DNA of 64,000 nucleotides from an uncultured Selenomonas sp. (lineage in GTDB: Bacteria > Bacillota > Negativicutes > Selenomonadales > Selenomonadaceae). Each line of letters opens with the position of its first letter. The stretch's first letter is position 1. Below the pieces are notes generated by a model. That model searched no databases, had not been told where the DNA came from, and saw nothing but the letters and a program-made list of their open reading frames with translations. Both the position numbers and the translations under genes were made by a program. Where the stretch lies: assembly GCA_916438625.1 (NCBI GenBank), contig CAKAFE010000001.1:658445-722444 (forward strand), in the 5' to 3' direction. This document shows positions 47,251 through 57,713 of this stretch, piece by piece.

Positions 47251-50222
47251 ATGCGATATAAGACGAGCATCGTCATCCTGAGTTATAACACCTTGCAGCT
47301 TCTGCAGCTATGCATCGAGAGCATTCGTGAGCACACGGAAGCGGGGACGTATGAGATCATCGTCGTCGAGAATGCCTCGAAGGACGGCTCGGCCGCATGG
47401 CTCAAGGAGCAGAACGATCTTCGCTGCATCTACAACGAGAAGAATCTAGGATTCCCGAAAGGCTGCAATCAAGGCCTTGCCATCGCGACGGGGACGGAAT
47501 TGCTGCTTCTCAACAGTGACACGGTTGTCACGAAGAATTGGCTGAAGAATCTGCGCTGTGCCCTTTACAGCAGCCCGCAGGTCGGCGCCGCAGGCTGCGT
47601 CACGAATGCCTGCTCGAACGACCAGCAAATCCAAGTCCCCTATGGCGACCGGAGGAGATGCAGCTCTTTGCGGCGGAATACAACAAGGCGTCCGATCCTG
47701 TGCGCTGGGAGAAGAAAGCGACGCTCGTGGGCTTCTGCTATCTTTTCAAGCGGGAAGTGCTTGAAAAGATCGGCTGGCTCGACGAGCAGTTCAGTCCAGG
47801 CAACTTCGAAGACGATGACTACTCCCTGCGCATCCTGCAGGCGGGCTACGACCTCCTTCTTTGCCACGACACGTTCATCCATCATTTCGGCAATGCGAGT
47901 TTCCTGCAAAGCTGCACGAAGCAAGAAGCGAGCGAAAAGAAAGCGCGCCTTCGTGCACTGAATTTGCGGAACGACGCCTTGTTCCACGAAAAGTGGCATG
48001 TGCCTGCGGACTACAAGCGCATGAAGCCGGAGGAGCTTCGTGCTTTTCTGCAGCGAAAGAACGAGGCGCAGGCGCACCGTCTTCCTGCTGGAAAAAGAGA
48101 AGAAGATCGCCGTGCTGCTTCGCAGAACGCAGGAGGAATCGTATAAGCGCTGCCTGGAATCCCTGAACGCCATGATGTGGCCGGAAGGATACGAAGTCGA
48201 GGCCTTCCCTCTCGATGCGGGCAGGCCGTATGCGGAACAGGCGAATGAAGTCTTGGCGGCAACGGACGCCAAGTACAAGCTGTACATCAACGACGAGATG
48301 TGCCTCGACCATCCGCAGATGGTTCGGGAAATGATGGCCATCTTCCGGGACGAGAGCATCGGCATGATCGGCTTCCTTGGCAGCGCTTCGCTCCCCGTGA
48401 GCGGCAGCGTGATGGATTCGCCCTACAAGCGAGGAGTCGTCCTCATGCCGTCGGAGGAAGGCTTCTCCGAGCTGCGCTTCGGAGATTCGATGGGAGAAGC
48501 CGCAGACGTCCGCTTCCTGCTGCCGTCGCTTTTTGCGACGCAGCTGGATCTTTCGTGGGATGAATCTTATGAAAAGCAGTATTATGCTGTGTTGGCGCAC
48601 TGCCGCGCAATGGAGGAGTCCGGCGCCCGCATCGTCGTATCTTCGCCGGTGGAACCTTGGTGCGCTTATCGAAGGAAAGGCGTTTCCTTCGACGCTTGCG
48701 AAGCCGATAGGAAAAGGTTTTTCGGGAGATGGCATCCGTATCTTGATGGCGCGGAGCCGCAGGAAATGAACACGCTCTATGCGTGCGGCGAAGGAAGCGA
48801 AGTTCCCTCGTGGAAGGCGTTCGACCGTCCCGAAGGCATCAGGATCGGCAGCGGGACGAAGATCCACGAAACGGCGCTTTGCCGCCTCTTTGCGGCGAAT
48901 TTCGCCGGGAAGCCGCGCATCATCATCGGCGATCGCTGCGAGATCGGTGCGGGCAGCGCGCTGACGGCCATTCGGCGCATCGAAGTGGAAAGCGGCGTGA
49001 GCCTGGCGGAGAATGTCCAGGTCAAGGACTATGTCTATGATGAGAGGGATCTGGGGCTTTTTCCTGCGGGACCGCGAGATCGTCGCGGATGATCAGGGCA
49101 TTCGGATCGAACGCGGCGTACAGATCGAGGAGAACGTCACGATCAAGGGCGCTCTGCGCATCGGACGCGGCAGCATCGTGCGCGCGGGAAGCCGTGTGCA
49201 GCAGGATGTGCCCCCCTACTGCATCGTCGAGGGAAGCCCCGCCAAGGTCGCTGCCGTCTTCTCGCCGCAAGAGGGGAAGTGGCTGCCCGCGGAAGACGGC
49301 GCGACGCTGGAAAAGCTGCTGGAAGAGCGGAAAACGGCGCCGCCGTTGCTCACCATCGCTTTCATCACATACAACCGCAGCAAATACTTGAAGCGGTCTC
49401 TTTCCTGCGTGCTGGAGCAGCTAGGCAACGATGCGCTGGCGGAGATCCTCGTTTCGGACAACGCCTCGACAGACGATACGCGGGCGTTCGTCGAAGGGAT
49501 GCAGAAGAAGTACAAGAATCTTCGCTATCACTGCAACGAGGTGAATATCGGCGCGGAGAAGAACCTCCATGCAGCTCTGCGCGAGAGCAGGGGCGAATAC
49601 GTGCTCGTCGCGGGCGATGATGATTACTTCCTCGATGGCGCACTTCCCGTGCTCCTCAGCGGCATCGTCCGTCATCGGGGCGCTGCGCTCTTCTTCCTGG
49701 GGAATGAAGACAAAGCGTTCGCGCCGCGTGTATCAGGAGAAAGGCTGCCTGAAATACATCGAGGCGGCGAGCTACTTCATGTGCTGGATCAGTTGCATCG
49801 TCATGCGACGTGAGCTGTATGACGCCGTTCCGGAGCCGCACAAGTACGATGATACGCACATCCCGCAGGTGTATCTGCAGATGGAGATGCTGAAGCAAAG
49901 GCCGGATTTCGCTGTGTTCTGCGGTGCCTTCTTTGAAGAAGGCGGCGGCGATCACAAGCCGGTCGGCTATAACTTTGCCGAAGTGTTCATCAAGAACTAC
50001 TTCGATATACTGACTTCGTCGGCAAAGATCCCGGCAGAGCAGCTTGCGGCAGAAAAGAGGAACGTCCTGGAGCATTCAATCCTTCCTTGGTGCGCGCGGA
50101 TCAAAGAGGAACATCTTTCCTTGTCGCTCGACGGAGTCTTCGAAATCGTCGAGGAATACTATGGGCAGGAACCGTACTACACACAGCTGGTGGAAGCGCT
50201 CAAAGACACATTGAAAGAATGA
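47251..50222 (+). CDS. Modular glycosyltransferase 3, same four-domain layout as GT1 (frameshifted)
   Basis: Colinear similarity to 39793-42827 and 42824-44974. Confidence 0.82.
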
Positions 50223-50225
50223 CGC

Positions 50226-50460
50226 ATGGCGCGTGCGTCAGAGGCAGAGGTTTCTGCGGGGCGAGCGCAGGGAACACTTGGAAGAAGTCGTCTGCCCTGT
50301 CGATACGCTCGATCATTTCGTGAAAGAGCAGGGCGTCCTCCGTATCGACTTCGTCAAGTGTGATACGGAGGGCGCGGAGAAGATGGTCTTCGCGGGCGGC
50401 GCGGGGCATGCCGCGTGCCGAAGGCGGAGCGCTGCCTGTGGACGGCGGTGCCTCTCTGAA
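50226..50460 (+). pseudogene. FkbM methyltransferase fragment
   Basis: TLDHFVKEQGVLRIDFVKCDTEGAEKMVFAG with no N-terminal SAM motif. Confidence 0.65.
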
Positions 50461-50476
50461 GAAACGGAGGTGTTCC

Positions 50477-52307
50477 ATGAAGGTCAAGGCATCGGACTAC
50501 GTTGCGGATTTCCTCGTGAAGAAGGGCATCGAGCATGTCTTCACGGTCGTGGGCGGCGGCGCCATGCATCTCAACGACTCGATCGGGCATCACGCGAAGC
50601 TCCGGTCGACGTACTGCCACCATGAGCAGGCGGCGGCGATGGCGGCGGAGGCGTATGCGCGCGTCCACGGCGACATGGCGGCGCTCTGCGTGACGAGCGG
50701 ACCAGGCGCGATCAACGCCTTGAACGGCGTCGCGGGCGCTTATCAGGACTCGATCCCGCTGCTCGTCGTCTCGGGGCAGATGAAGTCCTCGCTGACGGTG
50801 CGCCGGAGCGGTCTGCCGCTGCGCACGCTGGGCGGGCAGGAGTTCGACATCGTGTCGGCACTGGACAACATGACGAAGTATGCGGAGATGATCGAAGAGC
50901 CGCAGGAGCTTCCCGCAGCGCTCGAAAAACGCCTATCGCGTGGCGAAGAGCGGCAGGCCGGGCCCGTGCTGGCTCGATATACCCGTCGATGTGCAGGGCA
51001 GCTTCATCGACACGGAAGCGCTTGGCGGTCTCGATGCGGCGACGCAAGAGGAAGCGCGTCGCACGGATGTCACCCAAGCCGCACGCCATGTGCTGGAGAA
51101 GCTCAAGAGCGCCGCGCGTCCCGTGCTCTATGCGGGCAACGGCATACGCCTCGCGGGCGCGGCCTCGCTCCTCGAACCCTTGGCGCGCCGCCTCTCTGTG
51201 CCCGTCGTCACCTGCTGGAACAGCATCGACCTCATCGCGACCGAGAACCCGCATTACTGCGGCCGAGGCGGCACGATGGGCGACCGTGCGGGCAATTTCG
51301 CCGTGCAGAACAGCGACCTCCTGCTCTCCATCGGCAGCCGCCTGAGCATCTACCAGGTCGGCTACGACGTGCGCCTCTGGGCGCGCGCGGCGCACACCGT
51401 CGTCAACGACATCGATCCCGCCGAGCTGAAGAAGCCGACGATCCGCGTTGATTATCCCGTGTGCGCCGACGCAGCGGACTTCATGCAGGCCCTCCTGCGG
51501 GCGGCAGAGGAAGAGCCGCCGAAGGAAAACGAGGCATGGCTCGCGCAGTGCCGCAAGTGGAAGGAAGCCTATCCCGTCGTGACCTTGGCGCAGAAGGAAG
51601 CCGGCGGCAGGGTGAACGTCTACGCCTTCATGGACGCCTTGAGCCGTGCGCTTCCAGCGGGCGGCATCACCGTCGCGACGAACGGCTCGGCGAGCGTCGT
51701 GGGCAGCCAGTCGTACTTCATCAAGGAAGGCAGCCGCTTCCTCATGAACTGCGCCATCTCGTCGATGGGCTACGGCCTGCCCGCTGCCGTCGGCGCTGCC
51801 GTCGCGAGCAAGGGCAGCGTCGTCTGCATCGAGGGCGACGGCAGCATCACGATGAACTTGCAGGAACTGCAGACGATCGTCACGAACTGCCTGCCCATCA
51901 AGGTGTTCGTCATCAACAACAACGGCTACCATCAGATCCGCCAGACGCAGACGAACGTCTTCGGCAATGCGCTCATCGGCGTAGGCGCTGAGAGCGGCGA
52001 CCTCGGCTTCCCATCGTTCGAGAAAATCGCGCGGGCGTTCGAGATGCCCTACCTCGCGATTTCCTCGAATGGTGAGCTGCACGAAAAGATTGCGCAGGCG
52101 CTCGATGAGACGGGATTCGTTCTCTGCGAGGTATTCGTGACGGAAGATCAGAAGTTCGAGCCGAAGTCGGCGACGAAGCGCCTGCCCGACGGGAGGCTGA
52201 CCAGCCCGCCCACGGAGGATCTCACGCCCTTCTTGCCGCGCGAAGAATTGGCGGCCAATATGTACATTCCGCTCGTCGAGCCTGAAGGAAGCGGGGGAAA
52301 AACATGA
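50477..52307 (+). CDS. ThDP-dependent acetolactate-synthase-like enzyme in sugar locus (frameshift ~50928)
   Basis: HHEQAAAMAAE, TSGPG, SGRPGPCWLDIP, GDGS...NN ThDP motif. Confidence 0.88.
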
Positions 52308-52753
52308 TCAACATGCGTCATACGGGCATTTACGTCAAGGATCTGACGCGCATGACGTCGTTTTATCGCGATGTCTTCCACATGCACACGATATGCGAAG
52401 ATGTCGAGCAGGCGGACGCGCTGATCGAAGACCTCTTCCGGACGCCCGGCGCAAGGGTCAAGATCACGAAGCTCATCACCGAGCAGGGCAAGGCGAGCGG
52501 CACGGGCGACATGGTCGAGCTTCTGAAGCTTGCCGTGCCTGAAAAAGAGGCGCAGGCGCCTCTGAAGTCGATCGCGGCGGGACTGCACATCGCCTTCGGT
52601 GTGCGCGATATGGAAGCGACGTGCGCGGCGGTCGTCGCGCATGGCGGAAGGCTGGCGACGCGCGTGCACGATATGGGAAACGGCAATCTCTGTTGCTTCT
52701 GCCGCGACCCGGAGGGAAATTGGCTGGAGCTGATCGCGCGGCGAAAAGCCTAG
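52304..52753 (+). CDS. VOC/glyoxalase-family protein
   Basis: HTGIYVKDL, FY, HIAFGV, DPEGNWLEL. Confidence 0.88.
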   Translation: MINMRHTGIYVKDLTRMTSFYRDVFHMHTICEDVEQADALIEDLFRTPGARVKITKLITEQGKASGTGDMVELLKLAVPEKEAQAPLKSIAAGLHIAFGVRDMEATCAAVVAHGGRLATRVHDMGNGNLCCFCRDPEGNWLELIARRKA

Positions 52754-52903
52754 GAAGCAGGACGCTTTCTTGCGTGCGGCGGACAGATGGAGACGACGGA
52801 GCGTATGCGCTGAATTCATCGCGATGTCGAGGAGGGAGAGGCAGCGTAAGCGGCGGATTTGACGATTTTCCTGTGGAAAAGCTCCACTACTGGGGGGAAG
52901 GCG

Positions 52904-53995
52904 ATGGAGAGAAGAACATTTCTGAATAGCAGCGTCATCGAAGAGGACATGGAAGACATCCATGCGCGGGAGTTGGATTGGCAGAAGCTCAAGGGAAAGA
53001 CCGTGCTGATCACGGGGGCGGCGGGAATGCTCGCCTCCTACGTCGCATTCTATCTCATCTATCTGAACGAATATCATGCGATGGACGTGCGGCTGCTCCT
53101 CCATGTGCGCAGCGAGGAAAAGCGCGCGCACGCTTCGGCGCGTATGCCCAAAAGACTTATCTTTCGTTCGTGCAGCATGACCTCTGCGAGCCCTGGCAGG
53201 AAGATGGAAGCCTGGACTTCATCATCCATGCCGCGAGCCTGGCGAGTCCCAAGTATTACAAGACGATGCCCATAGAGGTCGCCGCGCCGAACGTGCTCGG
53301 CACCTATCACCTCCTGCAGCTGGCGAAGGAAAAGGGCGCGGCCTTCCTCTTTTTCAGCAGCGGCGACGTCTACGGCAGGGTTGCCGAGGGGGCACGGGAG
53401 CTTCACGAGGCGGACATCGGCTCTGCTGATCCTCTCGATCTGCAGAGCTGCTACGGCGGCAGCAAGCGCATGGGCGAGACGTGGTGCCGTCTCTTCTTCC
53501 TTGAGCACGGCGTGTCCGCGAAGATCGTGCGCATCGCGCACACCTACGCGCCGACGATGGACGTCGAGGAAGACCCGCGTGTCTTCGCCTCCTTCATGAA
53601 GTGCGTGAAGGATGGCGCGGACATCGTCATGCACAGCGACGGCAGCGCGCGACGCCCCTTCTGCTACGTCGCCGACGCGGTCGCCGCCTTCTTCCTCGTG
53701 CTCTTCGAGGGCGCGGCGGGCGAGGCGTACAACGTGTCGAACGACAGGGATTTTTTGAGCATCAGCGAGCTGGCGCAGACCTTGGTGAAGATTCGCCCCG
53801 AGCTCGATCTCAAGGTCATCAAGAAGGAGCGTTCGCGCGATGCGGCGTACTTGGAGAACAGCTTCAACCGGGCGAACTGCCCGTCCGCCGACAAGCTCCG
53901 CACCCTGGGCTGGCAATGCCGCTTCGATGCGGCGGCGGGCTTTCACGCGCGTCTGGCGGCACCTGCAGGAGCAGGAGGCGCAGACGACTCTCTGA
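52904..53995 (+). CDS. NAD-dependent nucleotide-sugar epimerase/dehydratase (frameshifted; end 53995 or 54042)
   Basis: TGAAGML, HAASLASP, YGGSK (YxxxK), RPFCYVAD. Confidence 0.88.
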
Positions 53996-54124
53996 ACGGC
54001 GGCCCGGAGCGCGTGAAGAACAGGGAAACTGTGCAGCCGTGAAACGGCAGGACTTGCTGTCAGCGCTGTTTCTGGCGATAGCCGCATCAAGGAGGCACGC
54101 TGCACATATGTCCCCACGCCCTGG

Positions 54125-54187
54125 ATGAAAGTTCCCCGATCGGTCAGCGCCCTTCGGGCTTGACTTCTTGGACTTTCATAGTAGAAT
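54125..54187 (+). repeat. Third copy of the hairpin repeat, with TTGACT-16-TAGAAT
   Basis: ccgatcggtcagcgcccttcgggcttgac..tttcatagtagaat matches 22522-22572. Confidence 0.82.
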
Positions 54188-54216
54188 AAAAAAGACAGGA
54201 AGAAGGAGGTCATGAG

Positions 54217-54366
54217 ATGAAGCACATCAAGACGGTCAACAAGCCGACGATGCAGAAGACGCTCAAGACGGGCGGCTGCGGCGAATGCCAGGCATCTTGC
54301 CAGTCGGCGTGCAAGACGTCCTGCACGGTAGGCAACCAGGTCTGCGAGAGCAGGAAACAGGCGTGA
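54217..54366 (+). CDS. scfA: SCIFF six-cysteine ranthipeptide precursor (49 aa; not in ORF track)
   Basis: MKHIKTVN...GGCGECQASCQSACKTSCTVGNQVCE; RBS aaggagg. Confidence 0.95.
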   Translation: MKHIKTVNKPTMQKTLKTGGCGECQASCQSACKTSCTVGNQVCESRKQA

Positions 54367-54367
54367 A

Positions 54368-54402
54368 GAAAAGACCTCTTCCGTAAGGGAGAGGTCTTTT
54401 CT
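54368..54402 (+). terminator. Strong stem-loop between scfA and scfB
   Basis: gaaaagacctcttcc-gtaa-gggagaggtcttttc. Confidence 0.7.
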
Positions 54403-54430
54403 TCACGCTTCATCATACAGCGGAGGAAAT

Positions 54431-55852
54431 ATGAAAGAGAAGATACACAAGTTCAAGCAGGCGGACAGCTTCATCCTGCTGGACGTCAACAGCGGCGCCG
54501 TCCATGTCGTCGACGAGATGATCTGCGACATCCTGGACGTCTTCGACGGCACGAACGACCGCGCGGTCATGGACGCGCTCGCCGCGAAGCATCCGGCGGC
54601 AGAACTCGAAGAAGCCTTGGAGGAGCTGCACGAGCTCATGGAGCGCGGCGAGCTTTTCGCCCCCGATATCGACGTGCCGCCGACCTTTTCCGAGAAGGGG
54701 CTCGTGAAGTCGCTGTGCCTGATGGTCGCGCAGGACTGCAATCTGCGCTGCAAGTATTGCTTCGGCGACGGCGGCAACTACGGCATGGAACGCGCCGTCA
54801 TGACGCCCGAGGTGGGCTGCCGCGCCGTGGACTTCCTCATCGAGGGGTCGGGGCCGCGCAGGCATTGCGAGATCGACTTTTTCGGCGGCGAGCCGCTCCT
54901 GAACATGAAGACGATCAAGACGGTCACCGAGTATGTGCGAAAGCGCGAGAAGGAGACGGGCAAGGAATTCAAGCTCACGTTGACGACGAACGGCATGCTC
55001 TTGAACGAGGCGAACATCGCGTGGCTCAACGAAAACGACTTCTCGCTCGTGCTCTCGCTCGACGGGCGCAAGGAGACGAACGACGCCATGCGCCCCGATG
55101 TCGGCGGGCATGGCACATACGACCGGATCGTGGAAAACTTCAAGCGCTGTCTGGCGAGCCGCGCGGGCGGCGATTGGGACTATCGCGGCATCTACACCTA
55201 TCTGCGCGGCACCTACACGAAGCGCAACCTCGACTTCACGAAGGACGTCCTCTCCATGCACGATGCGGGCTTCGACATCCTCTCGGTCGAGCCTGTCGTG
55301 CTGAAGGACAGCCCTCTCGCGCTGGAGGAAGAAGATCTGCCGCGCATTTGCGCGGAGTATGACCGCCTCGCCGCTGCCTATTTGGAGCGCCGCCGTGCGG
55401 GCAGGGGCTTCTTCTTCTTCCACTTTAACATGGATCTGTCGAACGGCCCGTGCGTCGCCAAGCGCCTTTCGGGCTGCGGTGCAGGCCACGAGTACTTCGC
55501 CGTTGCGGAAAACGGCGATCTCTATCCGTGCCACCAGTTCGTCGGCAGGGAGCGATACAAGCTCGGCAGCATCTACGAGGGGGTGACGAACGAAGCGTGG
55601 CCGCCGTACTTTCGCGAGTCGCATGTCCTCAACAAGGAGAAATGCGCCGACTGTTGGGCGCGCTTCTTCTGCAGCGGCGGCTGTCACGCCAACGCCGACC
55701 TCTTCCACGGCGACATCAGGAAGCCCTACGAAGTCGGCTGCGAAATCCAGAAGAAGCGCCTCGAATGTGCGCTCTACGTGCAGGCGCTGCTGGCTTTGGA
55801 GGAGGAAGAAGGGGAGGCGCCGTACTCCTCGGCCAGCTCCTCTGCCAAGTAG
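54431..55852 (+). CDS. scfB: SCIFF radical SAM/SPASM maturase
   Basis: LDVNSGAVHVVD, CNLRCKYC, FFGGEPL, GCGAG, YPCHQF, C..CWARFFCSGGC. Confidence 0.94.
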   Translation: MKEKIHKFKQADSFILLDVNSGAVHVVDEMICDILDVFDGTNDRAVMDALAAKHPAAELEEALEELHELMERGELFAPDIDVPPTFSEKGLVKSLCLMVAQDCNLRCKYCFGDGGNYGMERAVMTPEVGCRAVDFLIEGSGPRRHCEIDFFGGEPLLNMKTIKTVTEYVRKREKETGKEFKLTLTTNGMLLNEANIAWLNENDFSLVLSLDGRKETNDAMRPDVGGHGTYDRIVENFKRCLASRAGGDWDYRGIYTYLRGTYTKRNLDFTKDVLSMHDAGFDILSVEPVVLKDSPLALEEEDLPRICAEYDRLAAAYLERRRAGRGFFFFHFNMDLSNGPCVAKRLSGCGAGHEYFAVAENGDLYPCHQFVGRERYKLGSIYEGVTNEAWPPYFRESHVLNKEKCADCWARFFCSGGCHANADLFHGDIRKPYEVGCEIQKKRLECALYVQALLALEEEEGEAPYSSASSSAK

Positions 55853-56019
55853 ATGTCGCTCATGCAGTGCATGTCCGCCACGCCGTCGCGCATGAGCAGA
55901 TATGTCTGCGAATGATAGAAAAAGTCAAGCGCATCTGCCAGAGGAAGCTTCATGCGTTCGGCAAAACGCGCCACGACACGCGCATACTTCATCTGCAGCA
56001 AGATGGGATTTGCTTTCAT
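55774..56019 (-). CDS. DUF3791-like small protein (81 aa)
   Basis: LLQMKYARVV, ALDFFYHSQTY, MHCMSDIYL; ATGA overlap with upstream gene. Confidence 0.72.
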   Translation of the reverse strand: MKANPILLQMKYARVVARFAERMKLPLADALDFFYHSQTYLLMRDGVADMHCMSDIYLAEELAEEYGASPSSSSKASSACT

Positions 56020-56489
56020 AGCGATCTGCTCCCTTGAAAATGCAAATATCTGTCAATGACTTCCTGTGTTCGAAGCGCGATTTGGAGATTCGGCTGCTCG
56101 AAGCGCAGGCGGCGGATCGCTTCCCCCTTTTGAATCAAGCCTTGCAGGAATAGCTCTATCGTGTCGAACACGCGGTCATTGGCAATGCCACCCAGGATGA
56201 CAGCATGATCTGAATCGTCTTTCTCCGTCCGGCAAGCGAGAACGAAGTCGAGCCATGCTTCCGAATACGAATCAAATCGCATGCAATCTTCTTCCAAGAA
56301 TACTGCTTCATCCAAAAGGTACGCTGAAACAACCGCCGCTTTGTGGCGGCGCAGGAATCTTTTAGCCCAGGACTCCGCCTGTTCTGCAAGCGGTGTCGTG
56401 TAGAAGCCCCGCCCGAAATCGACGGCAGGGCGCGAGTGAAGAACGTCAGGATGTTCGACCACGAGATGCGAGCCATGATAGACCATCAT
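56016..56489 (-). CDS. DUF3990-like protein with ADP-ribosyltransferase-like motifs
   Basis: VYHGS, DFGRGFYTT, WLDFVLACR, GGIANDRV, QIALRT. Confidence 0.82.
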   Translation of the reverse strand: MMVYHGSHLVVEHPDVLHSRPAVDFGRGFYTTPLAEQAESWAKRFLRRHKAAVVSAYLLDEAVFLEEDCMRFDSYSEAWLDFVLACRTEKDDSDHAVILGGIANDRVFDTIELFLQGLIQKGEAIRRLRFEQPNLQIALRTQEVIDRYLHFQGSRSL

Positions 56490-56716
56490 ACGGATACACC
56501 CGTTTCCTTCATCGTGTCGATCAGGTCGGCTACGATGTACTCCTTGCCCTGCGTGTGGAGCACATCGTAGTTCGCAACGAGATAATCGAGCAGGAGACCG
56601 CTCTCCTTGAGTTTGTCGTAAAGATGTTCGCCAGGAACGCCCAGCGTTTTCGCCGTATTCTCTATGCAGAAGAAAATGAATTCCAACTCGTGCTCCGTCC
56701 GTAGTTCTGTAGCCAT
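56486..56716 (-). CDS. DUF3791-like small protein (76 aa)
   Basis: FIFFCIE, YDVLHTQGKEYIV; RBS gaggg; ATGA overlap. Confidence 0.78.
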   Translation of the reverse strand: MATELRTEHELEFIFFCIENTAKTLGVPGEHLYDKLKESGLLLDYLVANYDVLHTQGKEYIVADLIDTMKETGVSV

Positions 56717-56847
56717 ATCGCATCCCTCGCTGCTTCTGAGTCTCTTCCTCAAGCATCCGTGCCCAGGGGAGGGTGATCTTCCCCGCATATCCTTCGTAGC
56801 TGATTCTACACGCCGTCGCGATTTTCCTCTTGCGTCTTTTTGTGATA

Positions 56848-56876
56848 TTGACAGAAGAAAGCGACAGTTTTATAAT
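56848..56876 (+). promoter_or_regulatory. Consensus sigma-A promoter
   Basis: TTGACA-17-TATAAT. Confidence 0.8.
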
Positions 56877-56929
56877 AGGGATAACGAAAGATAACAGAAA
56901 ATAAATAATGTTAACATCAAGGGGCATTT

Positions 56930-57694
56930 ATGATTTCGATTGACAGGAAGAAGTTTATTCTCGACTATTTGCAGCAGCACGAAACGGTCGCGAGCAGCGT
57001 CTTAGTGAAAACGCTTGGTGTCACGGCGATGACGATCGGGCGTGATCTCAAGCAGCTTGAGGAGAAGGGATTGCTCGTGCGCACGCACGGCGGCGCTATG
57101 CTGCCGGGCTATTTGGTGGAGGAGACATCGTACGCTAAAAAGAAGGTGCGCGATATCGAGGTCAAGCGGCGCATTGCGAAGGCAGCATTACAGCAGATTC
57201 ATGCAGGCATGACGGTTTTTCTCGATGCGGGCACGACAACGTTTGAAATTGCCGAGCTCTTGAAAATGGAGGCATCCGCTAACATCACGGTAGTGACAAA
57301 TGATTTGCATATCGGAGTGCATCTTTATTCGCAGACGAAGGTACGCACTATCCTCTTGGGCGGCACAATCCTTCCAGAAACAGGCGCTGTAGCGGGCGCC
57401 ATGGCGATGGAGCAGCTTGCGCACTATGGCATCGATCTCGCCTTCATTGGCACGTCTGCCGTCACGGACGACTTTTTTCTCGTCGTTCCGACGGAGAGCA
57501 AGTGCGTATTCAAGCACCGGCTTCTTGAGATGAGTGCGAATTCGATTCTTGTCGTCGATCGTTCGAAGTTTCGCAAGAAAAAGCTCTATAAGGCGGCTCA
57601 TATGAGCGAGTTTGATTGCGTCATTACCGATTATCCCTTTACTAAGACGGAGATCAAGAGAGCGATGCCGCGCGGTGGAGTTATCGCGGTTTGA
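56930..57694 (+). CDS. DeoR/GlpR-family regulator
   Basis: VTAMTIGRDL, RTHGGA, FLDAGTT, VVTN. Confidence 0.92.
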   Translation: MISIDRKKFILDYLQQHETVASSVLVKTLGVTAMTIGRDLKQLEEKGLLVRTHGGAMLPGYLVEETSYAKKKVRDIEVKRRIAKAALQQIHAGMTVFLDAGTTTFEIAELLKMEASANITVVTNDLHIGVHLYSQTKVRTILLGGTILPETGAVAGAMAMEQLAHYGIDLAFIGTSAVTDDFFLVVPTESKCVFKHRLLEMSANSILVVDRSKFRKKKLYKAAHMSEFDCVITDYPFTKTEIKRAMPRGGVIAV

Positions 57695-57713
57695 TGGAAA
57701 GGGGGGAGATGTG

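Noticed and set aside
50477..52307. ilvB for branched-chain amino acid synthesis
   Set aside because: No ilvN/ilvC neighbours; the context is sugar biosynthesis
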